Made by a program: the position numbers and the translations under genes
Origin: Kofleriaceae bacterium
GTDB lineage: Bacteria; Myxococcota_A; Polyangia; Haliangiales; Haliangiaceae
DNA length: 11,168 bases
Assembly: GCA_046597055.1 (NCBI GenBank)
Contig: JBKJLC010000204.1
Location: 1-11,168, forward strand
Reading direction: 5' to 3'
The notes under the pieces: generated by a model
The model's input: only the letters and a program-made list of their open reading frames with translations
Databases searched by the model: none
Told to the model about the DNA's origin: nothing
Shown here: piece after piece, positions 1 to 8,294 of the stretch
How the letters are laid out: every line of letters begins with the position of its first letter
How positions within the stretch are numbered: the first letter of the stretch is position 1

Positions 1-51
1 CATGTCCACCGGCTCGAGCGCCACGTAGATCGGCAGCCCGTGCCCGATCAC
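1..51 (-). CDS. tnpB: IS66 accessory protein TnpB/OrfB, N-terminal fragment (partial)
   Basis: The reverse complement of 1-51 translates as (M)IGHGLPIYVALEPVDM, matching the IS66 TnpB N-terminal motif I(Y/F)xAxxPVDMR. The GTG start (51-49) overlaps the tnpA TGA (50-48) as GTGA. It is not in the ORF track because the window edge truncates it. Confidence 0.88.
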   Translation of the reverse strand, partial: MIGHGLPIYVALEPVDM

Positions 52-407
52 GCCCGTCCTCCGCGCAGCGCGGCGACCACCGCGTGCAGCAACTCGGCGT
101 CGAAGCCGGGGCGCACCTCGACCGTCGCGCCCCCGACGCGGACCATGATCGTCGTCTCGCGGCCCTCGGCCGGGACCAGCCGCGCGAACAGGGTGCCACC
201 CGGCGGCGCTGCCGGCGCCCCACCTGGCCGCCGCCGCTCTCGGCCGCGCCCTGTCGGCGACGCCCTCGTCGCCTTGGTCCACGTGTAGGCGGTGGCCGGT
301 TGCACCCCGAGCCGAGCCGCAGCCTCCGGGACCGCCGTCCCGCCCCGGACCAGGTCGATCAACTGCGTCCGCTGATCAGTCGTGTACTGCGTGTAGTGCC
401 TTCGCAT
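48..407 (-). CDS. tnpA: IS66 accessory protein TnpA/OrfA (HTH domain)
   Basis: 119 aa. N-terminal transposase-type HTH (YTTDQRTQLIDLVRGGTAVPEAAARLGVQPATAYTW), a Pro/Gly linker, then FARLVP...IMVRVGGATVEVRPGFDAELLHAVVAAL, the typical IS66 OrfA C-terminus. It lies between the IR and tnpB. Confidence 0.85.
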   Translation of the reverse strand: MRRHYTQYTTDQRTQLIDLVRGGTAVPEAAARLGVQPATAYTWTKATRASPTGRGRERRRPGGAPAAPPGGTLFARLVPAEGRETTIMVRVGGATVEVRPGFDAELLHAVVAALRGGRA

Positions 408-439
408 GCCCGCAGCATCGACGGTCCGCTCGCGCCTTC

Positions 440-464
440 TCGGTGCGGTCCGTGCAGCGCTTAC
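440..464 (-). repeat. IS66 left terminal inverted repeat (inner boundary approximate)
   Basis: The plus strand ...GCAGCGCTTAC ends at 464, which is GTAAGCGCTGC... on the minus strand, 57 bp upstream of the tnpA ATG. The partner IR is not in the window. Confidence 0.75.
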
Positions 465-3400
465 ACATCAACGATGATCCCGGGCTGGAGCGAGAGGCTG
501 ACGACCTCGGCGCTCGCGCCGCGCGTGGTGAGCGCGTCGCGCCCGACGGCGACCTCCACGACCTCGCGCCGACGAGCTCGATCCAGGCCTCGCCAGCGCC
601 GGGGGACGATCGGCCCGACGAGGACGACGACGCAGCGGTGGTAACGCTGGACCAAGCTGCGGCCGACGACGACGCACCGAGCACCGGTCGGTCCGCCGCG
701 GTGCAGGCCCACCGCAGCAGCCCGCCGATCCAGCGCGCAAGCAAGAAGGGAACGAAGAAGAGGAAGCCGCTCCAGGTCCGCTTCCAGATTCGTGTCGATC
801 GACCGATGACAGGCGACGAGTTCAAGGTCGAGGCGATGCGCCAGGTCATCGGCGACACGCTTGTCGGCGGGGCCTGGGAGAACATCAAGGACTCTTACAC
901 GCCGGACGACAGCCCGGTGTCGCTGAAGGTCGACGTCGCGATCGTGAAGCAGGCGCGCGGCGCCGTCAACGAGGCGCGCGGCATCGAGGTCGGGGCCGAC
1001 GGGACGATCGCCGGCTCCCGCGACCGCGCCGAGGCCTTCGACGACATGCCCGGCTCTGGTCCGAAGTCTGCGCTGATGGCCGAGATCGACCGCCGGTACT
1101 ACGAGGTCACCGGCGCAGCGCCGGGCACGCTCGTCAAGAGGGGGGACGTCGCGCGCGCGGAGGTCTGGCGCGCCGTACGCGACGAGGTCCTCTTCCAGAA
1201 CGCGTACCTCGCCAACCTGCCGCCGACCGTCAAGGAGCTGATCCGCTTCAATATCCGTGGCCGCGACCTCTCGCCTGCTGACTACGATCGCTTGTTCGGC
1301 CTCGCCAAGCGCATCGAGCAGCTGCCGCCGGGGCAGGCGGCCGACTACGCCAGCAAGATCACCGCGGGCACGACGGAGCTCGACGTGTTCGAGGCCTCGC
1401 TCGATCGCTACGGAGCCGAGATGGGCGAACGCGCCAGTCAAGGCGAGGAGCGCGAGCAGATCAAGACCAAGCTGCTCGGTCTCGAGGCGGTCTACCGGCT
1501 GTATCGCGACTACAAGATGACCAAGGGCCTCGAGGCGGCCTACGCCAACAACACGGTCGACGACGGCGCCGAGCCTGACACCACGCTCAGCGACCGCCAG
1601 GCGGTCGAGCTGCGGCAACAGCTCGCGCAGCACGGCTTCGCAGGGCTCGATGAGTTTCAGACGTTCATCGCGCGCTTCGAGTCGGCATTCGAGCTCGAGG
1701 CGCAGAACATCGCCAAGGACTACCTGACGCGGTACGAGAGCCGGCTCTACAAGGAGAGCGAGCGCTACCAGGACCCGGCGCAGGTTGCCGCGCTGCACGC
1801 CAAGCTCGGTGGGGCACGCGCCCACCAGGCCGAGGCCAGCAAGCAGCAATCGATCCACGACGACTACCAGGCCAAGAACACCGCGTGGCCGCACGGCATC
1901 GTCTCGAACCCCGACGGCCCGACGCGCGACGAGGCCCAGACCGCCAAGCGCCGCGCGAGCACGGCGCGCGACTCGGCCCGAGCCGACCTGACGGCGCTGG
2001 CTGCCGAGCACCCGATCTTCCAGGACGAGGGTCTGCCGTCGGACAAGCGCATCGATGTCGCCCGGCTGACGACTTCGAGTGAGTCCGAGCTGGGCAGTTT
2101 CCTGCAAGCGCACATCGCCAGCCGCATCGGCGACGTCGGCGACGCGCGCGCGCAGGTCACCGGCGAGCGTGAGCTCATCTATAAGATGGGCCCGCTGCTG
2201 CCGCACTTCTACGCCCAGCAAGGCATCGCGCCCGGATCGATCTACGACCTGATCATCCAGGACAAGATGCGTCAGGACCTGAGCGACAAGATCATGATCG
2301 GCATCGCGGTCGCGGTCTTGAGCATCGCGCTCGCGGTGGTGTCGCTCGGCACCGCCACGCCGGCGATCCTGGCGGTCGGCGCCGCAGTCGCGGGCGCCGG
2401 CCTGAGCGGGTACATGGTGTACGAGGAGTACCAGCAGTACAACGAGGCCAACGACCTCTCCGACGTCGGGCTCGCCCCGGACCCGTCGGTCGTCTGGCTG
2501 GTGATCTCGATCGCGGGCGCGGGCCTCGACATGGCCGCGGCGGTCAAGGCGGTGAGGGCCCTCACCATCGCCGCCAAGGCTCTGGACGGGGGCGGGGAGC
2601 TCGCCGACTTCGCCAAGGCAGTCAACGCGTTGAAGGAGGCCGGCGAGATCGATGCTCGCATCGCGGAGTCGGCAGTGAAGGCGGCCGCCGCGCGCCGCTC
2701 TGCCGCGACAGCGTTCGACGAGATGGTCGGCGCCTTTGCCGGCAAGCTGTACTCCTTCCCCGGTCAGTTCTTCGACCCGCAGTTCCTCGCTGCCCTGGGC
2801 AGGTTCGCCCTCGCGACCATCAAGCGCGGCGTGCACAGCTCTCAGGTCTTCATGGACGAGATCCGGCGCGCTCGCGCGATGGCCGGCCTGGGCGACCTCG
2901 CGCCGGAGGAGCTGGTCAAGGCCAAGGAGGTCTGGACCGAGTCGCTGCAGCTCGCCAGCGCGAACCCAGCCCTGTCCGCCGGTGAGATCGTCGCCAAGCA
3001 GCACCTCACATTCCTCGACGACGCCGCCCTCCAGGCGCTCGAGGCCAGCGGCCAGCTCGCGCGCCTCGGCGAGGCACCCGCCTTGCTGGAACGGCTGCGC
3101 GTGAACCCCCAGGGGACCTGGGACCTCCTGCACCGGCTCTTCGCCGGCTCGGTCGACGATCTCGAACGCTACCTCGCTCAGCTGGCCAAGCTGTCGCCCG
3201 CCCACGCGGATCGCGCGGTCGCGATCCTGCTCCGGCCCGCCAACACGCTGGCCCCCGACCTGGTCGCAGAGGCGTTGGTCCGCCTGGGCAGCCTCGACGG
3301 CGCTCACCTCACCGGCCTCGATCGCCTGGCCAGGGCCAGCCGGATCCCGGGCACGCTCGAGGGCTTCGTTCGCTCGGACACGCCCATGCGGATCCAGGCA

Positions 3401-4033
3401 TTGCTCGACTTCGGCGCCGCGCAGGCCGGCCAGAGCGACGACTACTTGAATGCGATGCTCCGACTCTACGAGCACGGTGTCGCCGACCCGACCGCCGCGA
3501 GACTCGCCGCGCTGGCGATGGGCCACCCGGACATCCCGAATCTCGAGCGGTGGTTGAAACTGGCGTCGAGACAGCGTCACGACATCGAGCAGTTGAAGGA
3601 CCTCGAGCTGAGCCTCATCGACGGCATCGGGCAACGGGCGATCGATCCGGCTACCGAGCTCGAGGTCTTCATCAAGGGTGGCGCAGAGGTGCCACCCCGG
3701 ACCCCCGGGGCCAAGAACTTCGACGTCGTGACCGCGACCGAACGCCGCGAGTGGAAGCGGGTACGCGGGCCAATCTCGACGCGCCAGGACGTGCACGGCC
3801 AGATCAACGAGGCCCGCGGCAAGTTCCACGAAGCCGGCATTCCGCGAGGCGCGGGTGGCAAGTCCAACGTGGCTCTCGTCGACTTCGGCAACAATCTGGC
3901 GGCCGGCGGGATGCCCGAGGCAAAGGCCCTGGGCTACGTGCAAGATTACGTCACGAAGGATGCGTGGATCAAAGCCCATGTCGACGAGCTGGTCATCATC
4001 ATCAACGGGACCGAGCACAGGTTCGTCCCGTAG
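465..4033 (+). pseudogene. IS66-interrupted DUF4157 (eCIS core domain) polymorphic toxin with hydrophobic segment and C-terminal PD-(D/E)xK nuclease; the 3' part is still an open frame (ORF track 443..4033)
   Basis: Directly after the IS end the frame reads INDDPGLEREADDLGARA, the conserved tail of DUF4157 domains (usually HELxHVVQQ...INDDxGLExEAD). The HExxH part is missing and the predicted start at 443 lies inside the IS. A low-complexity linker ends in PPIQR. Hydrophobic helices are at about 2291-2422 and 2483-2554. The C-terminus reads NFDVVTATERREWKRV...QINEARGKF...VALVDF...VDELVIII. Codon usage is GC3-rich and consistent with a real gene. Confidence 0.75.
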
Positions 4034-4045
4034 GAAGGCGCCGCC

Positions 4046-4771
4046 ATGACGAAGACCCTCGAGACCTGGTACCGGTCGAACTCGGTGATGCTGGTGCGGG
4101 CGTCGTGGACCGGCGCGCCGGATGAAGACATCTGGACACTGTTGTTGCGCGTGCTGCACGCGCTGGCCTCGACCCAGACCGTCCTCGAGTCGTTGCGGGG
4201 GCGAGTCAACGTGGCGTGGCGCGGCGAGCCGGCCCACGAGCCCGAGCTCTGGCCGATCGAGAGGCTGCCTGGCGGGCTCGCGGCTCTGCGCGGGCGCGCG
4301 GGCGGCGGCTCATGGGAGCCGACCAGCGCGGTCCTGTGCGGCGACGTCGACCTGCTTCTGCCCGACGACATCGCCGCGGTCGAGACGGCCGACTGGGAGG
4401 CCGATGAGGACCGCGAGTGCGCCGTGCCGATGCCACTGGAGACCCGCACGGATCGACTGGAGGCGTCGACGCGAATGCGCACATGGAAGGCGCTGTGTAC
4501 TTCCACTGCGGTTGAAGAGGATGGGCCGGTCTATCTCGACTTGACCTGCGACAGCGACGAGCAGCCCGTGCGGCTGTGGCTCGATGCGCGTTCGCGGTAC
4601 GAGCTGTGGCGGCCGTGGACGATCGACGACGACGGGCCAGTGCCGTGCGGGAGCCTCAACCTGGAGCGGCTCCGCCAGGGGCTGGTAGCCGTGGCAGACG
4701 TGACCGGCGGCATCGTCCGGCTACCGGACGAGATGGTCGCCGAGCTCGAGAAGGCGAGCGGCCGGCGCTGA
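4046..4771 (+). CDS. Hypothetical protein, probable cognate immunity protein of the upstream nuclease toxin
   Basis: 241 aa, acidic and Trp-rich. ATG lies 12 nt after the toxin TAG, with a GGAAGG Shine-Dalgarno-like sequence at 4033-4038. No family recognised; the function is inferred from position only. Confidence 0.65.
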   Translation: MTKTLETWYRSNSVMLVRASWTGAPDEDIWTLLLRVLHALASTQTVLESLRGRVNVAWRGEPAHEPELWPIERLPGGLAALRGRAGGGSWEPTSAVLCGDVDLLLPDDIAAVETADWEADEDRECAVPMPLETRTDRLEASTRMRTWKALCTSTAVEEDGPVYLDLTCDSDEQPVRLWLDARSRYELWRPWTIDDDGPVPCGSLNLERLRQGLVAVADVTGGIVRLPDEMVAELEKASGRR

Positions 4772-4967
4772 GCGGGCTGCTCTGCGGCACACCCTTCCCT
4801 GGATGACGTTCGACTTGTGCGAGACGAGACGTCTGCATCAGCTGGTGCGGACTCGCCATGGAGCTGTCCAGTGTACGCGTCGCCAGGCGGGCCGGGCGCA
4901 GCCGACCAGCTGCCGCGCGTGCTGACGTCTCGAGGGTCATCAGCCACCGTCGCCCGCCCCGGCGGGA

Positions 4968-4973
4968 TACCGT
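4968..4973 (+). promoter_or_regulatory. Candidate -10 element (TACCGT) for a leaderless drmABC transcript
   Basis: TAnnnT hexamer exactly 6 nt upstream of the drmA GTG (4980). No Shine-Dalgarno sequence precedes this start. Confidence 0.45.
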
Positions 4974-4979
4974 CCGGAC

Positions 4980-7900
4980 GTGAGCACCATGACGTCGTCG
5001 GGGGTGCGGGCGCACCTGGTGCGCGCGCTCGAGGCCGAGCTGGTCGGGCCCTACGCGGAGCGCGAGGAACTCGACCGGGCGCCGTCGCGGACGTACCTGA
5101 CGGGGTTCCTGGTGCCGCGCGAGGATCGCACCGCCGATCCGCTGGCCGATCCCGACGACGACACCGAGGCCGAGGAGGCCGAGGCCGATGGCGACGAGGA
5201 GACCGGTGGCGGCGAGGGCGAGCGGCCGGCCGGCGAGGCGTCGCGGCGGCCGCAGGTGATGCCGGCGTCGCTGGGGCTGTCGGTGCTGCTCCCGCCGGGG
5301 ACCGCCACCGACACGATCACGGTCACGCTGCGCTGCGCGGAGTACGAGCCGTACCACCCGGAGGGCGCCAAGAAGACGCGGCGGCCGAACTGGCGGCGCA
5401 AGCCGCATCCGCCGTACCCGATCGTCCTGCCGCTGGATCCGGCGGCGCTGGCGAGGGGGGTGCGGCTCGCCGCGCTGCCCGGCGTGTCGATCGAGGGCAA
5501 GCTCGGCGAGTCGTCGACGCCGCGGCCGGGGACGCGGGCGCTGAGCGTGTTCGTGGTCAACCGGCAGAGCCCGGGCGACCGCGGCCGCCGCGACGAGAAG
5601 ATGCTGTTCCAGGTCTCGCTCGAGGTCGCGTACGCCGACGGCTTCGTGGCGCGGCCGGCGCTGCGGCGCGGCACCGAGCTGGATGACAAGATCGCGTCGC
5701 TGCAGTTCCGCCACGTGTGCGAGTACGCGGTCGGCCACGGGGTCGCGGTCGAGGGGCCGACCAGGACCGGCGGCAAGGTCACCACGGTGACGACGACCTG
5801 GCTGCCGCGCAGCGAGGTCCGCCGGGTCGCGACCAGCGACCAGCTCGGTGACGGCCTGGCGGTGGAGCAGCGCATGGCGGTGCTCGCCGAGCTGCCCGAC
5901 GGGGCGGCGGTGCGGCGGGCGCTCGGCGACCTGCCGGCCGCGTACGGGCGCTGGATCGAGACCCAGCGCGACGCCGCGATCGACGCCGCGGACCGCGGCA
6001 CGCTCGACGAGCTGGTCAAGTGCGCCGAGGACGCGCGCGGGCGCATCGCCGCCGGGATCGAGCTCTTGGCGACCCGCGACGAGGCGCGGGCCGCCTTCGC
6101 GCTGGCCAACCGGGCGATGGCCGACCAGGCGATCCGGCGGCTCGGGATCGCCGATCCGCAGTGGCGGCTGTTCCAGCTCGCGTTCGTGCTGCTGTGCCTG
6201 CCGTCGGTGACCGACGATCGCCACGACGAGCGCGACTGGGTCGAGCTGATCTTCTTCCCCACCGGCGGCGGCAAGACCGAGGCCTACCTGGGCGTGATCG
6301 CGTACGTGCTGCTGCTGCGCCGCATGCGCGGCCAGGGCCAGCCCGACGGCGGGCGCGGGATCGCGGTGATCCTGCGCTACACGCTGCGCCTGCTCACGCT
6401 CGACCAGTTCGAGCGCGCCACCACGCTGATGTGCGCCCTGGAGCTGCTGCGCCGCGGGCAGCCGGCGCGGCTCGGCGCCGAGCGCTTCGCGGTCGGGCTG
6501 TGGGTCGGCGCCAGCGCCACCAGCAACACGATGACGCAGGTCAAGGCCGACCTCGGCGAGTACCGCAAGGGCACCGGCGCCTCGCCGTGCCCGCTCGCGC
6601 GCTGTCCGTGGTGCAAGCGCGACTTCACGGCGCAGAGCCTCACGCTCGACAACCCGACCAGGCCGACCGCGGTGATCGTCGGGTGCGAGAACGACCGCTG
6701 CGAGTTCTCGCCGGCCAACCACGAGGGCGGCTTGCCGGTGGTGTTCGTCGACGAGCAGGTGTACCGCGAGCTGCCGCCGTTCCTGGTCGGCACCGTCGAC
6801 AAGTTCGCGATGGTGCCGTGGCGCGCCGAGACCGGCATGCTGTTCGGCCGGGTCGCCGCGATCGCGGGCCGGACCATGATCGAGCCCGGCGATCCGATCC
6901 CCAAGGGCGCGGTTCGCCTGCCCCGCGGGCTGCGGCCACCGGACCTGATCGTGCAAGACGAGCTGCACCTCATCTCGGGGCCGCTCGGCACCATGGTCGG
7001 GCTGTACGAGACCGCGATCGAGGAGCTGTGCGCGCGCACCGAGGGCGGCAAGCGCATCGTCCCCAAGGTCATCGCGTCGACCGCCACCGTGCGCCGCGCC
7101 GCCCAGCAGGTGCGCTCGCTGATGGGGCGCCCCGACGTGCGCACGTTCCCACCCCAGGGGCCCGATCCGGGCGAGACGTTCTTCGCCGAGGTCGACCCCG
7201 TGGGCGACGGCCGCCTGTACCTCGGGGTCGCCGCGCCCGGCCGCGCGTTCCGCGCCGTGCAGGCCCGCGTGTACCAGACGCTGCTATCGGCCGCGCAGTT
7301 TGCGGCGCGCGACAACCCGGCCGCCGCCGATCCGTATCTCACGCTGGTCGGCTACTTCAACGCGCTGCGCGAGCTCGGCGCGATGCGGCGCGTCGTCGAG
7401 GACGAGGTCCCGCAGCGCACGCTGCAGAGCGAGAAGCGCCGGCCGCTCGGCATGGCCGCGCACCCGTTCCTGGCGACGCGCACGGTCAGCCAGCTGGTCG
7501 AGCTCACCAGCCGCGAGTCGAGCGCGAAGATCAAGCTGGCCAAGGACCGGCTGAGCCGGCCGTTCGCCGACGAGCGCCGGGTCGACGTGGTGCTGGCCTC
7601 GAACATGATCTCGGTCGGCGTCGATATCGACCGGCTCGGCCTGATGGTGGTGGCCGGCCAGCCCACCACGTCGGCCGAGTACATCCAGGCCTCGAGCCGG
7701 GTCGGGCGCGACCACCAGCGGCCCGGCCTGGTGGTCACCTGCTACAACGTGCGTCGGGTCCGCGACCGCTCGTTCTTCGAGCGGTTCCCCGCCTACCACC
7801 AGAGCTTCTACGGCTGGGTCGAGGCGACCAGCGTCACGCCGTTCTCGCAGCCGGCGCTCGATCGCGCGCTGGCCGGGGTCTTGATGGCGATGGTCCGCCA

Positions 7901-8294
7901 TGGCCACGCCGCGCTGGCGCCGGCGCGGGGCGCGATGGAGGTGCCGGCGCACGGCGACGTGGTCGAGCGCGCGATCGCGGCGCTCACCGCCCGCGCGGCC
8001 ATGCAGCAGGACGCCGACGCCGAGGGGCTGGCCGAGATCGTGCGGGCCCGCGCCCGCGACCTGGCCGATGCCTGGAACAGCAAGGTCGCCGAGGAGCGCG
8101 GCCGCAACATCGAGCGCGGCTACTCGCCGTTCGACCTCGACAAGAAGGGCCTGGCCACCCCGATGCTCTTGCCCCCGGGCGAGGCGGCGATCGACGAGGT
8201 CCACCAGAAGTTCATGGCGCCGACCTCGATGCGCGACACCGAGCCGACCGTCCACCTGTGGCTGCGCTACGCGCTGGGAAGGAAGGCGGTATGA
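4980..8294 (+). CDS. drmA: DISARM system SF2 helicase DrmA
   Basis: 1104 aa. Motifs include Walker A FFPTGGGKTEAYL, ILRYTLRLLTLDQFER, GTVDKFA, PPDLIVQDELHLISGPLGTMVGLYE (DExH), IASTATVR, VGYFNALRELG, LASNMISVGVDIDRLGLM, EYIQASSRVGR (motif VI) and C-terminal PTSMRDTE. A Cys cluster reads CPWC...C-x4-C. It is followed by DUF1998 and PLD genes. An alternative ATG start is at 4989. Confidence 0.93.
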   Translation: MSTMTSSGVRAHLVRALEAELVGPYAEREELDRAPSRTYLTGFLVPREDRTADPLADPDDDTEAEEAEADGDEETGGGEGERPAGEASRRPQVMPASLGLSVLLPPGTATDTITVTLRCAEYEPYHPEGAKKTRRPNWRRKPHPPYPIVLPLDPAALARGVRLAALPGVSIEGKLGESSTPRPGTRALSVFVVNRQSPGDRGRRDEKMLFQVSLEVAYADGFVARPALRRGTELDDKIASLQFRHVCEYAVGHGVAVEGPTRTGGKVTTVTTTWLPRSEVRRVATSDQLGDGLAVEQRMAVLAELPDGAAVRRALGDLPAAYGRWIETQRDAAIDAADRGTLDELVKCAEDARGRIAAGIELLATRDEARAAFALANRAMADQAIRRLGIADPQWRLFQLAFVLLCLPSVTDDRHDERDWVELIFFPTGGGKTEAYLGVIAYVLLLRRMRGQGQPDGGRGIAVILRYTLRLLTLDQFERATTLMCALELLRRGQPARLGAERFAVGLWVGASATSNTMTQVKADLGEYRKGTGASPCPLARCPWCKRDFTAQSLTLDNPTRPTAVIVGCENDRCEFSPANHEGGLPVVFVDEQVYRELPPFLVGTVDKFAMVPWRAETGMLFGRVAAIAGRTMIEPGDPIPKGAVRLPRGLRPPDLIVQDELHLISGPLGTMVGLYETAIEELCARTEGGKRIVPKVIASTATVRRAAQQVRSLMGRPDVRTFPPQGPDPGETFFAEVDPVGDGRLYLGVAAPGRAFRAVQARVYQTLLSAAQFAARDNPAAADPYLTLVGYFNALRELGAMRRVVEDEVPQRTLQSEKRRPLGMAAHPFLATRTVSQLVELTSRESSAKIKLAKDRLSRPFADERRVDVVLASNMISVGVDIDRLGLMVVAGQPTTSAEYIQASSRVGRDHQRPGLVVTCYNVRRVRDRSFFERFPAYHQSFYGWVEATSVTPFSQPALDRALAGVLMAMVRHGHAALAPARGAMEVPAHGDVVERAIAALTARAAMQQDADAEGLAEIVRARARDLADAWNSKVAEERGRNIERGYSPFDLDKKGLATPMLLPPGEAAIDEVHQKFMAPTSMRDTEPTVHLWLRYALGRKAV

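Larger units (their letters stand above)
1..464 (-). mobile_element. IS66-family insertion sequence, left part (continues beyond window start)
   Basis: The minus strand from 464 reads GTAAGCGCTGCACGGACCG..., the GTAA(GCG) terminus typical of IS66. It is followed by an HTH-type orfA and an overlapping orfB starting IYVALEPVDM, which is the canonical IS66 order. tnpC and the right IR lie outside the window. Confidence 0.9.

Noticed and set aside
1..51. tnpB as an RNA-guided IS200/IS605 TnpB nuclease
   Set aside because: The sequence matches the unrelated IS66 accessory OrfB that shares the name.
443..464. GTG 443 or 452 as a genuine start re-activating the truncated toxin
   Set aside because: Both lie within the IS terminal repeat, with no SD or evident outward promoter. 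An open frame over 7 codons is expected by chance in GC-rich DNA. Expression is not excluded but is unsupported.
461..4237. 1258-aa minus-strand ORF antisense to the toxin gene
   Set aside because: It is an antisense shadow of a GC3-rich gene, with no recognisable motifs. The plus-strand frame carries the domain signatures.
6020..8290. N-terminal 757 aa of the 1370-aa ORF 6020..10132 (apparent giant fusion with DrmB)
   Set aside because: It is an Arg/Gly/Ala-rich off-frame read of drmA. DrmB homology begins at ATG 8291, which has an RBS and an ATGA overlap. No frameshift is needed.
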